This document shows positions 51,857 through 64,000 of a stretch of DNA of 64,000 nt, in pieces. How positions within the stretch are numbered: position 1 is the first letter of the stretch; each line of letters starts with the position of its first letter. Made by a program: the position numbers and the translations under genes. The notes under the pieces were generated by a model, which was not told where the DNA came from, did no database searches, and was given only the letters and a program-made list of their open reading frames with translations. Origin of the DNA: Ruditapes philippinarum (taxonomy: Eukaryota); the NCBI RefSeq assembly GCF_026571515.1, contig NW_026853241.1, positions 1 to 64,000 on the forward strand. The letters are read 5' to 3'.

Positions 51857-52108
51857 AAACTTAAAAATCTTCTTTTAAAGAACCAAAAGAGCTAGAGCTA
51901 AGATATTTAGCATGAAACATGTTCTAATAGATGTCTACAAAGTTTGTTCAAATAAGAGCCCTGGGGTGAAAATTGGCCCCGCCCTGGGGGACAATAATTT
52001 TCCTTAAATGTGTATAGTAAAAACTTAAAAATCTTCTTCGAAAAAACCCGAATAGCTAGAGTTTAGATATTAAGCATGAAAACATCTTCTAGTAAGTGTC
52101 TACAAAGA
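51857..52108 (+). repeat. ~1.5 monomers of a ~165-bp BIV160/Cg170-like satellite (Helentron/HINE core repeat)
   Basis: AAACTTAAAAATCTTCTT...GCTAGAG...GATATT.AGCATG...GTCTACAAAG repeats at ~165-bp spacing, with CCCTGGGGTGAAAATTGGCCCCGCCC; family assignment from recalled consensus. Confidence 0.7.
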
Positions 52109-52965
52109 AATATGGTTACTTACTAATCATGAAATCGCTTTCTTTGTTGTTTGATTGGAGTCACATTTTGCTCATTTATTTCCTTGTCAAGTTGAGCTGA
52201 ATTGACTATAGATTTCAAAAGATTGACCTTTAAAATGGTGATTGACCAATGGTTTTTGTATTAGAAAATATGCTATTATAATCTCAAGGAAGGTTGTATA
52301 AATACATATTTGTACATCATGCCTTAAACATAATTTCTACAAATAAGTTAGGTACAAATAAACCGAGGAAAGGATATGCAAATCATATGCAGCAATTTAA
52401 CTGCAGCTATGGGACTGACTTACGTTGCATATACGAATGACAAAGAACGACTTTTGTAATTGCATGTCACTACAAAATAGATTTAGAAAGTAGCATATGG
52501 TCTGGTAAATGAATAAGTTTAAAGGATCTTCCACGCATGTGCATTTTAATTTTGTTTCCCCGAGGAATTGCATTTTTCTGCCAAAGCCACATGCTAAAAG
52601 AAAAAGAATTCAATACATACAATTTTTTTTCAAATAAAATTCAGGTAAATGCTCGTAATTGCAGCATCACGTGACCACCGGCGCTAATTGGGCGCGTGCA
52701 AAATTTGTTCAGATTCAAATAACGCTTTTTATTCAGGATATAGTCAAATGATTAGTTCTTGAAAAAAAAGGCTGAAGAAAATGACTAAATGACTAATTCT
52801 AATAAGTGATAACATTTATTCACAACATGTTATGACAATAAAACATTTTATACTAGAAAAGAGAAATATCAAGATAAATAAGCCACAAGGAGAAGCTTTG
52901 GTAATGAAGAAAGTACAGATGAACCATTGGTGGAAATGTCTTTCTGGTGATATAATATTTATATA

Positions 52966-53052
52966 CAGTCAAACTTTGTTCGCTCGAACTCGGAGGTCCT
53001 GTGCAAATTTGTTCGAGAGATCGGTAGTTCGAGCCAACCGAGGTTGAACTAT
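52966..53052 (+). mobile_element. Tc1/mariner-pogo (Tigger-like) MITE terminus
   Basis: TA|CAGTCAAACTTTGTTCGCTCGAACTCG...GTTCGAG subterminal repeats; other end not identified. Confidence 0.5.
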
Positions 53053-53581
53053 TATCATGTGTTATATCATATTTTATGTAGTACATATCATAGGCTTGAA
53101 GACGAAGTTGAAGGTTTTCCAGCTAACATCGGTCGAATGATAAATACGTCAGCATTATTATTTGTTAGTATATCAGTCCGTCAATTGCGACATTTCTTCT
53201 AAATAGGTAGATCAATATATATTATACAGGAATTTTTCCGGGACTGGGCGAACGAAGTTTAACTTTATCATGCAAGTGGTTTCGCTGCTTTCTTTGAGAC
53301 TTTAGGTGGTAAAGACATGCCACATGTACCATGATAGCCTTTTTCTTATTTTATTTTGCAAAACTATAAGACACGTGGCCCCTTTATTCAGCTGAACTCC
53401 ATTTGTCCACTCCATCCACCAGTCTCCTCTTCTTTATTCCTTTGCGGTGCCCCATGGGTGTCATTCCGATATTTTGGATTGTTTCTTTGGCCGTGTTTTG
53501 CTATCAGTTGTTGAATACAATATAACGAATATGTTCTTACATTGTCATAACTTTGAGCATATAACCAATCTTTCTTTTTTC

Positions 53582-53693
53582 CATAGAATATGCATGTAAA
53601 GTACATAGAATATGCATGTAAAGTACATAGAATATGCATGTAAAGTACATAGAATATGCATGTAAAGTACATAGAATATGCATGTAAAGTACA
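53582..53693. repeat. 22-bp tandem repeat (CATAGAATATGCATGTAAAGTA) x5
   Basis: Direct observation, perfect copies. Confidence 0.95.
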
Positions 53694-54171
53694 ACAAGGG
53701 AGACCAGCGGAAAAGTACTTTATCTATGGTGTTGTTGTTGTTGGTAGTTTACCCTCCGGATTACGACAGTAAGCCACACTGAATTTACCAGAGCACAGTT
53801 CCCCACCGCATCGTTCCTGGGCATGCTGTCAAGCAGTTTACTTCTACCAGCTGCCTTCACTTTCGCAAGGAACTGACAAATTAATGTTTTTAAAATGATT
53901 TTACAGTCCCCCTTTTATTTAACTAGTTATGATTTTATTCAAAATGAGTTAGTCGGCAGAATTTCAATTAAGAAGATGCATTGATAATTAAAAGATAGGA
54001 TTTTCTCATTTATTCTTATCATCTCACAAAATCAAAGGGTTTTTCGTCGCTCTTTTGACTGTGCATTTTTTTTCTTTGAGAGAGCTTTTGATATATGATT
54101 TTAAGTATTATTGTTACATAATTATTTTGCACAGAAAGACTTAAAATCTTAGTACATATAAAAACACTTAA

Positions 54172-54482
54172 AGGGACTTCCCTGAGCTTTTATGACATAA
54201 CGGGACAGGCAATAATTTTTCGAGATTAATGTTCCATTAACATGTGTGCAAAATTTTAGATCAGAATGATTTTTCCAATTGTCAAAAATGAGCCAAAATT
54301 GAAACACGTTGCAAACGCTTTTCACTCAAATATGGCTAATAATAACACACAGTTTTTCAATTTATTTCTGTATATATTTCATGATTATCCGTTGCAAAAC
54401 TTTCTGTTTAATGTGCCCCAGCTGATTAATTTGAGAAGTCAAATTTCAAATTTCTAGCCTTTTGGACATAAGTGAAGTTCCT
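54172..54482. mobile_element. Non-autonomous TTAA-flanked DNA transposon (Kolobok-like), second family
   Basis: TTAA|AGGGACTTC...GAAGTTCCT|TTAA: short TIR plus intact TTAA duplication. Confidence 0.65.
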
Positions 54483-54665
54483 TTAACTTCTTGAAAATAT
54501 GAAATGGACTTGTCCAGCTTCCATTTTTTTAACTGACCATTATCAATTTTTGAGATATCAGTATGAGACTTTGAAGATAGTCAGTCAACATTATATAATT
54601 ATAGTGACCAAAGGGTTTCTGTTCTAGAGGAACTAGTGGTATTTCATACATTTTGTGATATTTAA

Positions 54666-55002
54666 AGGCACATTATTTCTCAGAAACTAACTTATTTTTT
54701 TTTAATTCTTTAGAAATGTCAAACATGTGTTAAATAATGTTTTAATAAAGGATTTAGAGCATGTTAGATGTTTCACAATTAAGAAATGTAGCGCTGAACG
54801 TGCAGTTATTTGCAAAAAATGTAGCAAAACAATGTAGTATTTTGACCTTCCATACAAAATACTAATTTACTATAATCAACAGAGCAAAAATGAAGCAAAA
54901 GATATTTCATCTATGTGGCAAATAAGTTTTTTTGGAAATTGCCAAAAAATAAAAATGTTTTTGAGAAATAAAATCATAGCATTTCTGAGGCATAGTTGGC
55001 CT
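54666..55002. mobile_element. Non-autonomous TTAA-flanked DNA transposon (Kolobok-like MITE), copy 2
   Basis: TTAA|AGGCACATT...TTGGCCT|TTAA; inverted homologue of 11862-12174. Confidence 0.75.
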
Positions 55003-57099
55003 TTAACAATGTTTTGATTTTATTCCGATGTCTTTTCAGATGCAGATGTCGATCAAGCGTTCCCATATAAAATGATAAACTTCAATGCAAATTTAGAACG
55101 TTGAGTCAACCACACCAAAGGATATATATCTAAGTCATTTTGAACTATCCTTTTTATGAAACTTAATTGATTATTTTTTACACATTAAAAGACCCAAAGA
55201 TCTTCTTTAGTCAAGATCAATTATAGAGCTTGGAAGTGGTTCGAAAAGGAATGATTTTCCAGATAATGTTATAACTTTCCGGAAAAAAATGTACCAAGAA
55301 ACGTAAATCTTTGGCCTCAAACTCTTGACATTCGAGTAAATATCAGGTGATTATGTTTATGAAACAACACAGCTGTGTTTTTAAAACACAGACAAGGTCT
55401 TGCATACGACACTCTAACAGTTACCGCTAACAACCGGAGCAGACGACAAGCTACAAATACAAACATTTCGAGTGTGTGGAGACGCCAGGCGGGTCTTGAT
55501 TGTTAGCCGTGCAATTAACGCACACTAAAAGCTGATGATACATTGGAAGTTGGGGAGAAACATCTTAAATGGTTCAATTACACGGATATTTATGAAATGT
55601 TGCCATGGAATTAATGCCGCTTATAAAGGATGGACCGTTGGCACCAGTGAAGATTTATATAATTATAACTTATGACATAATATATTTCTTGCATTAAATT
55701 GCATTTATGCAAAACAAAAAAGACGCATATTTTCTATGAATTGTTTAAAAACATTTTTCATATAATAATAGCTCTTCATTAAATGAAAAGATTACGTTAT
55801 AAAATGACAAAACATTAAGGAATTAAGCGGGAGAAATGAATTAAAATTCCAAATAGAAATAAGGCATTGAGAAAAGTATTGTTTCAAGATGAAATGAAAA
55901 AAAACTAGAAAACTTATTTTTTTCTCTTTTTCTCTACGCAAATTTAAGATTTATTGGAATATAAACTTTTTAAAGAGTTATATATCTAAATGTGGTATAA
56001 TTGTTATCATTGGGATTTATGTCCTAACGTTATTCCCCTGCCTTTTATTGAACATTAATCCCCCACTAGAAAAACGATGCAGAAAATATTTTCAGGTTGA
56101 ATTTTTTTCTCTCAAAATGTGTTCTTTCTGTGTTTTATTTCTCTGAATCGTTGCTATGCTCGACATTGTTGCAAAAGGGCCTGTTTTTATTACCCCTAAG
56201 GTAATATGACTACTGCAAGGAAACGCTTCGAGAAATAATTTATCTTAATCTATAACTATTTCTATCCAAAGAATTTCAATTGCATTAAACTTGTCACGTA
56301 AGAGCGACGTCTCGTGTTACTATTTGATATTTGATAAGAGAAAACGAATTAGCGCAGCGTAATGTCATATGTAACGATTTCTTCTGCAATCAGGCATTGT
56401 GCACGTGTTTCGCGCGCACATAGACTATGTGTTTAGAAAAGTTGCTGGAAGCAAGATGGCACCGGTGGTAACAGTTCATGACTTTCAGCAAGATATCTTT
56501 GGATATCTTTTTCTCCTCTTGAACTTTTGCGTTAAACAAAATGAAACAATCGATTATTTTAATTTTCAATGGATTTTTTTTTTAAATTAAATTCATGAAC
56601 TCTAGCATGATAAATACATTACAGGTTTGTCTATGGAATAATGTCTTTTAAGTTGGATATGAATACAAAATTCAACGAGGGAGAGAACTATTCACGGAAC
56701 GCAGCCCCTTGATAACAAGGATACGTGGGTGGTGAAGGGGAGGGAGGGGGGGGGCGGGGGTATCAATAATACAGTACGACACACATGTATTCTTGTTTTT
56801 AAAACTGGACGGAGGGCAATTATGTCATATAAATCCATTATTTTCCTCATTTTCTTTTTTTTTTCTCAAGGTAATTTGCATATAATGGTATAATATTTTT
56901 TGTTTTATTTTTTCGTCATATTGTCACATCGGAGCTTGGTAGACAGGTTATTCAACGATATTTATTTCCTGATATTTAATGTATTACTTGAAGTTACCAA
57001 CATGTGATGCTTTTTTTACGGATTTTTCTTTCAGAGCTTCTTTGCTTCCATTTCTGGTTGTATATTTTTTAATATTTTAATATCATTTTATCTAATTTC

Positions 57100-57260
57100 C
57101 TATCCAGTTAGCTTACGGAACGTCAATGGTTCTACGGAGATGTTCATTTGTGCTTGAAGTAACGCACAGATGTGCAGCTGAGGTCGTCCTCCACCAGTAA
57201 AGCTGGAAAGTCTCCATATGACATATACAGTTTTGGTGCGATGTAAAGTCCTATAAAAAT
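57100..57260 (+). mobile_element. 5'-truncated SINE (same family as 28440-28721)
   Basis: CTATCCAGTTAGCTTACGGAACGTCAATGGTTCTAC...CCTCCACCAGTAAAGCTGGAAAGTC.CCATATGAC. Confidence 0.8.
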
Positions 57261-60200
57261 GAGGACTGGTGAAAAAGGAAATGCACTGAAATGAACGGGT
57301 CTTTCTCAATTAATTTCAAACCACAAATGATTGGTAATTAAATAATAATATATATTTTTTCTTTCCACTTTCTTCAAATTGCTTGAGCAGATTTTATGAT
57401 GCAAATATGACGGAATAAAATAATTTCTAAGAACCATGACTTTGATTTGAAGTGGTCTATTTATGTATTTATGTTGAAAAAATAATAAATTACAACATTT
57501 TGGTGATAGTTAATGGCGTTGGTACTTAGAAATAAATGCATTTAATAAATATGTAATTGCATTAAATTGTCCAATTAATGGTAACGTTGTTTTTTTTCAT
57601 ACGAAGACTCGCAAGCTTTTAAACGCTTTTAACATTTACATTTTTTTTCAGAGTCTGAAGGGATTGTGGTTTCTATCTATTTTATACATCTGTAGACCTC
57701 TTCCACGTTGTACATTGTATATACATGTAATTAATTTATTACATTAAGACCACCATTGTGAAAACATGAAAATAAAAAAATATACTGTATAACGTTGCAT
57801 AATTATTTCGTAATTTACAGGAAAAAAGCGGATATAAATCAAAGAACCTTTACATATTGAAAAAAAAAATCCTGAAAAAAAAACATGAACACTTACAATG
57901 TATATTCTGTTCGTAACACTGTAACACGAACAAACCGCATTTTCGTATTTTACGCGTTATACAGAGTGCAGTTTAAAAAAAACGCTCGTCTATGTTTTCA
58001 ATTTCATTTACTGTTTCATAACAATTTACACGCATGTTTAGCAAACAGTAACAAGCTTCTCATTCTGACAGTATCTGTAATAATTCTTCTCCTACTTTTC
58101 CTTCAAGTATTCTTTGTTAATTGGAACGTGTTCTTAAAGTAAACACCCTTAGACAGCATGTCTCATGCCTAGAAAATGAAGAGCCTACACAAATTTGAAA
58201 CAATTAATTTTATTTCGAGTTAATTTCTCAGGAATTTATATCATGTATTATACGATATTAACACTTCAGACGACTCTTACAAGGCCGTTTAAGCCTATTT
58301 AGCGCTTTCGAAGCTTTCATTTCCACATCTCGTAAAATCAAAATGAGATTTTGAACACGAGTGCGAGGCGGCTTTTGGCGGAAAAAAACGAACAAGAACG
58401 CAACTTGATTTGAAACGAACTTGTTGTATATTAATTATTTTCTGTTAACAATCTTGTTAAAGCAAAGAAATTATTGTGTAATTATTTTAAAGTGGTCGTC
58501 GGGTAATAATCAAAATTGATCTATATACAGTCGTAATATGATGTTTTATAATTATATGCATCTCGAAAGTGTGTGCACTTATACCTAATGAAAAAAAACA
58601 AAACAAAAACAAGCAACTTTGTTTTAAATCGCCGTTCTTTCCTTTAAAGAATAAACATAACATTGACTACAACATGTAATTAGTTGAAATTATTAATGCA
58701 TTAATACAGCACTGTATATCCATGTCGCAAATTCCTTATGTCCACAAAACCATACGGTCAACTGAACTAGAGGCGCCCGGTGCTGCTAAATCACTGTAAA
58801 CTACGATTTTGTTCACTTACCCGTGCAAATTTAATACCAAAGGCGTCCGACTGTTTCAAAGTTTGGCACCTTAGACATTCTATTTACTTACTAATGTATG
58901 AAATATAATTATTTATACTTATCGCCGGCGTATTACAAGGGAAAATCTGTTTGTTTTAGGATATAACTACTTGCACAAATTATTCCCATACTTGACTGTG
59001 TAAACTTGTCGACCAAAAGTCGGATTATAATGTATTATCAAGGGTTAATGTTTTGGAAAATGACGATAAATATATTTTGTTAGTGTTTCATTCGGACAAT
59101 GACATAACATTTGATATTACATACGTATTTGATATCCCAACATAGATTTAAAACTGACCGAAAAAAATTTTACGTTGAAATCATAGGCCAATGAAATAGT
59201 ATATATTTTAAATCTCATTTGAGTACATATGTTGTTGATGTAAATATAAAAATGCTTTCTTTATTATAAGCCACGCGTCATATACAAACTTTTACGACAT
59301 TTTTTATTCTTCTGGAAACTGTAAACTACTTTTTTACGATTTTCTAATAAGACTTCGTGAAAATGACTAAAAGTATACGCATGCCATGACTTTGTTTTCT
59401 AGAACTTAATATTATCAGTGCCATACTTACACGCCATTATGAGCGTAAATCATTTCTTAAATGTATGGAAAAAGAAAGCTGAACATGTATAATCTAATGT
59501 ATCAGAATTGGCTCCACGCAAAGCCATAATTTCACTGGACATAAAACTTGTTAGAGAAACAACTAGTGCATTGAAAGGAACCCAAAGAGGCGCCAATGTA
59601 GCGAAAACACCCGTAGTTTTGGCATCAAAAACAGTCTCTGGAAGTTGTCATTGCGCAGAAATATAATTAGCAGAAAGTAGTTCGGCCTCGCAGAAAACTG
59701 TTACTTTGCAAACTCTGATTCAGGCCGTATATTTGAAATGTTACATTTATATCAGAGCGTTTTTCTTCAATAAAGTTTATAATATTTCTTTTTTTTTCTT
59801 TTTGTAGAAATATTTCTGATAATTTAACGGATGAAAGTGTTTTGTGGATAAAGAGAGCATGTATTTCAAATTTATTTAAATGAAACAAATAAAAAAAATC
59901 CGACATTAGATTAATGAATCTTTTGTGACCGTAACAACATAATAATACCATGAGAACTATTTTTATGAGTATATTATTAATATTGTCCTCATCCGCCACG
60001 CATATTATGAAAATTCATTTATGTATAAAGCGCCCTCTGATGGACGTTTACATCCATTTATCTTGCCCTACTTATCTCTAAGTTCATTTTTTAAGCGGCT
60101 TTTAATTGATTAAATGATGAATTTCTTGAAATTCTTAAAACTCGGCGGAGTACTTAATGAATAAAATTGTTCACAATTAACGGTTATGAGGTTATGATGT

Positions 60201-62992
60201 AAACACGGTTCATTAAACGTTATCAGATACAGCGTGAATGTTATTAAAATTAAACAATCATAATTTAAGAACTCTAAGGTATATTTTAATTGACAAGCAT
60301 TCGATGCTGATAATATCTTTACAAACTGTTTTTGAAGACACATAATCCATGATACTATGGTGTAATACTAAATGAGACCGTTGTTTAGAGATAACCCCCT
60401 TTAATTGCTCATTTAGCTTTGTGCCCTTTGTGTATGAATTCCTTCGCAAGAATGATCAATTAAATGATTGCCTTTTAGAATTCTAGTTGGTCAGATACGC
60501 AACATGCGAAGATGGGTATTAAATGTGGCTTCTCTCATGAGAAATGTGTCATCATGGCGTAGTGATATTCAACATAGATTGTAGATATTATACTTTCCTC
60601 CATACTTTATCACAGACAACATTCAAAGTACCTTTATGTAGGAAAAAAAGACAATAACTGGCGGCGAAAAAAATACTGATTGATATGAAACCTTATCTAA
60701 ACATTAATCTCTTCACTGTTTCCCATCATCAAATAAAAATATCAAAGCATATGGGTATAAATGCTAAGCAATTTATCAAATTACAGCTTTAGTTCGCTAT
60801 AACAGTACTCTATCTAGTGGGTTTCGTCCTCAATGTCGTGTCCAATACAAAATGTACATAATGTATACTGACCGAAAGCAGAGGTAAAACTGTAGATGTT
60901 AATCACGATTTAATCGCGATACTATGACAATGTTATCGCAGTGTTATCGCAATATTATCATCGCAGGATTATCAAACATGTTGTACATGTAATGTACATA
61001 CATTGATCACGCAGATTCCGGGGTAATATTATCTAAGATTTACAAAGTGACAAGACATTACGGTCTTCGAGAATGAGTTTTGGCAGGAAGAATGAATGTC
61101 CAGAACTTTAAGCCACTGGGAAAATTGCAATATCACTGGACCATATACAATGTACATGTGTAAATTGAAAGATAAAAATGATATATGTCCTAGGCCTGAG
61201 AAATAGCATGGTTCTGCAAATGACTAGATGCTAACACTTCAACAGAAAAATTCTACGAGGCCAATTGAAAAACATTGACTTATAAACAGAGATGTAGATA
61301 ACAGAGATAAGCAGCTTCTATATACTCCATTGAAATATCACTCATGCCTATCAAAAAGTGAAAAAATAGGCATTTTGTAGCAAGTAAAACTTAATGGATG
61401 TACATTTGATCCTTTTATATTATACACCGTTTGAAAGTTTTATCTATTGCTGCATGTTAAAATATTGGTAACTTTCCATGCCTTTTACTTAGAAAAACAT
61501 AGCAGAACATATCCACTGAGCCAGTTTTTTCGTCATATGAATAGTTTTGTAACAAAAAATATTCAGTAGCTCTCTTTAAAACAAAATGATATATCAGTTA
61601 TCTAAATAAAAACTGTAAATGGTTTTACATGCAGCCATAGACAAATGCATTAGCTTTCAGAAAATGTATTTATGTCTCTGTAATAAATGAGCAATAGACT
61701 ACTTGCAAACACATTCATGTAGATCTAACTTTTATATGAAAAAATGTGCATTATGTCTCAGAATACTATCTGGTTGATTTAATCAAGCATATTTATAAAT
61801 AAGAATTACTCAATGACATGTATAACTTCATGTATGTAATTGATAAATTTTTCTTTTAATACATTTTACATAGTTTTAGTATTTTATTAAAAGATATTTT
61901 CTGTGGCAAGTAAAACATATGGTCAGTTACATTTTAACAATGGTCAAACATCATATAGAAAGTGAAAAGGTCAGAAATTCCACGTGACGCCATTATAGTT
62001 TGTGACGATATATACAAGAGATTCACCAGAAAATGGCACCAATATCGTTATTTCCAGTAAACATCAAAATATCAATACTTTATATTAAGACACCAAATTA
62101 TCTTTATTTTCATTTCTTAAAAGTAGTTTTTTTTCCGGTTTTCTGTTACAGTTTCCGAAATATTTCATATTGGCCAGTTGGCCACATACAGATCAGAACA
62201 TATGTAAAGAAAACATATGTAAAGCTGAACCATTCTGCGTGTGTTGTTGTTTTTTTTTTTTTTTTTTTTGCTATTAGTTATGTCATTGTGATTATCAATT
62301 TTTTACGTTTTGCTACCTTTATGATATTAATTTGAATTTCTTTCTCATTCACCTCTTGAATCATACTATTTAACCAATAAAAAAGACTTGCTTGCCTAAT
62401 AAAACGAACGAAAAACTTGAAATTATCAATGGCGCATTGCAAGAAATTTCTATTATTATTTGCTTTTGCTGCTGGTCCAATGATAAAGCCTCGTAGAATG
62501 TGGATTTACTAAATTCACTTTTTATCTTTTTTTGAACGCCATGTACATCTTTTTAGTTCTCTTAAAAATGTAAAAGTAATAATAGAAACAAAAATGACGT
62601 CATGTAAAAGTAAGAACTTGCTTTGTAACAACTTTATTATTGAAGAGGCGGGGCGAACGGGTTTCTCATAAATTACTAAGTTTTTACATGGTTATTTATG
62701 TTGTAACTGAGTTAGAAAGTAAACTTCATTTTCATTAGCTGGTATAACTTCCCGCCTTAACTACACATTCATGTAATACACCATATGAATTCTGCGTTAT
62801 CACGTACAAAATATGGTAGAGCTTAAAACCGCCAAAACTGATTAAAGTATATTTTTTATTATTTTTGCCATTGGTCTAAAATACTGCCAGGCGAAATTAT
62901 TGGTTGTCAAGAGAAATTACTGGTTAAAAAAGTAGCTTTTATTGTATATTAGTTTAAAACAATGTAAAATTCCAACGCATACCACATTTTTA

Positions 62993-63262
62993 GGGGTTTT
63001 CTGTGTCCGAGTGGTTAAGGTCGTTGACTTCAAATCACTTGCCCCTCATCGCTGTAGGTTCGAATTCGCCAGAGACATTGGATAAGTTAATGTGAGGACG
63101 CTTTCCAGCTAGCTTACTTCCGTCGGTGGTTCTACTCAGGTGCCAGTTTGTGCCTGAAATAATGCATGAAATGCACCCGAGGTCTTCCTCCACCAGTAAA
63201 GCTGAACATTCGCCGTATGACCTCTGCTGTGTTGATGCGACGTAAATTCCAACCCAAAACAC
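62993..63262 (+). mobile_element. Full-length tRNA-derived SINE (same family as 28440-28721)
   Basis: A box TGTCCGAGTGG, B box GGTTCGAATTC, shared body and tail. Confidence 0.88.
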
Positions 63263-63403
63263 ATATTTGAAATAAAAACTGATGACTTGTTTTATTTGTT
63301 TACAAAACGATGATAATTTCACACATGTTTCCAACCAAAGGGGTCACGAATGTACGACAATTGTGTTAAAAGGTTATTTGATGTATTATCAATTATTGCA
63401 ATG

Positions 63404-63487
63404 CACGTGAACTTTTGAAATATGAGGCACACGTGACTCATGTGACAAACATCAAGGGTGCACACGTGCTTAACATATGTGCACGTG
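63404..63487. promoter_or_regulatory. Cluster of four CACGTG E-boxes with overlapping TGACTCA (AP-1-type) site
   Basis: CACGTG at 63404, 63430, 63463, 63482; TGACTCA at 63434; CATGTG at 63439; CATATG at 63474. Confidence 0.5.
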
Positions 63488-64000
63488 TTTACACTTTGCA
63501 GAACAAAAAGTTTAGCAATAGATAAACACTAATATATTATGGAAAACGTTTGATTTCTGTTCATTTTATCTTAATTTCTAAACGGTTTAAATGTACCCAA
63601 TTTTACACATCAAAATATTCTTTGATTTTTTAAAACTCTAAAAAAATTCTTTATCTGATCTGAGAAAACACACAATGATTGGGTTCCATTTAGAAATATA
63701 CATATGTTCATGATTGAAATAAAGTAAAGGCAAGGCAACGCTAAGACTTGAAAGTTACAATGAAAGCACACATTATAGTAACTCGTCAGCTTAAGGACTA
63801 CCTTGAAAGCTCTGTGAACCCCTTAAGCCAGGGCAGCGACATGCTCGACTTAGAACAGCGCGTGTGAAACTCTCAAGTTGAAATGAAATTTAGAAACTTT
63901 TTTCTACATTGCCGCAGGAATGATGCCACCATGTACCATCGTTTTAAAGTCTCAACTCAATTGATAAGGGGAACTATGCTTTTGTTGTCACCAACATTTA

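Noticed and set aside
57890-58170. Minus-strand exon-like segment with a B-box-like Cys pattern
   Set aside because: Stops in all three frames; similarity too weak.
14022-63334. Most short ORFs in the supplied track (including those spanning N gaps, microsatellites, MITEs and SINEs)
   Set aside because: Compositionally typical of random AT-rich DNA or derived from repeats and gaps; no motifs or splice support.

Overview
AT-rich, repeat-dominated eukaryotic DNA with two assembly gaps (14028-14240, 42144-42309). The tRNA-derived SINEs, palindromic MITEs, TTAA-flanked MITEs and a BIV160-like monomer resemble bivalve mollusc repeats (inference, not verified by search). Coding content is sparse: (1) a well-supported two-exon minus-strand gene for a ~192-aa type I membrane protein with EGF-like Cys repeats (34839-33893); (2) an isolated, doubly truncated IMP3 (U3 snoRNP, S4 domain) fragment at 25559-25807; (3) a CR1/L2-type LINE reverse-transcriptase fragment at 965-1379; (4) a candidate two-exon orphan gene built on a 30-bp coding minisatellite (17116-15465). 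A 7.3-kb 31-bp satellite fills 2388-9708. Most interesting observations: the minisatellite peptide (ASTIIEQGQV) matches the nearby IMP3 motif ([10 protein letters not shown]) at 7/10 residues; a structured twin-hairpin repeat with core CCCCCTAGCACCGGYTTAAGC occurs about 13 times, only between 13.7 and 48 kb and mostly on one strand; a duplicated exon end gives an AG|GTAAGT site and a new acceptor; and four CACGTG E-boxes cluster in 84 bp near the window end. No CRISPR array, rRNA, bona fide tRNA gene or prokaryotic system is supported, and I cannot claim a proven new system from sequence alone.
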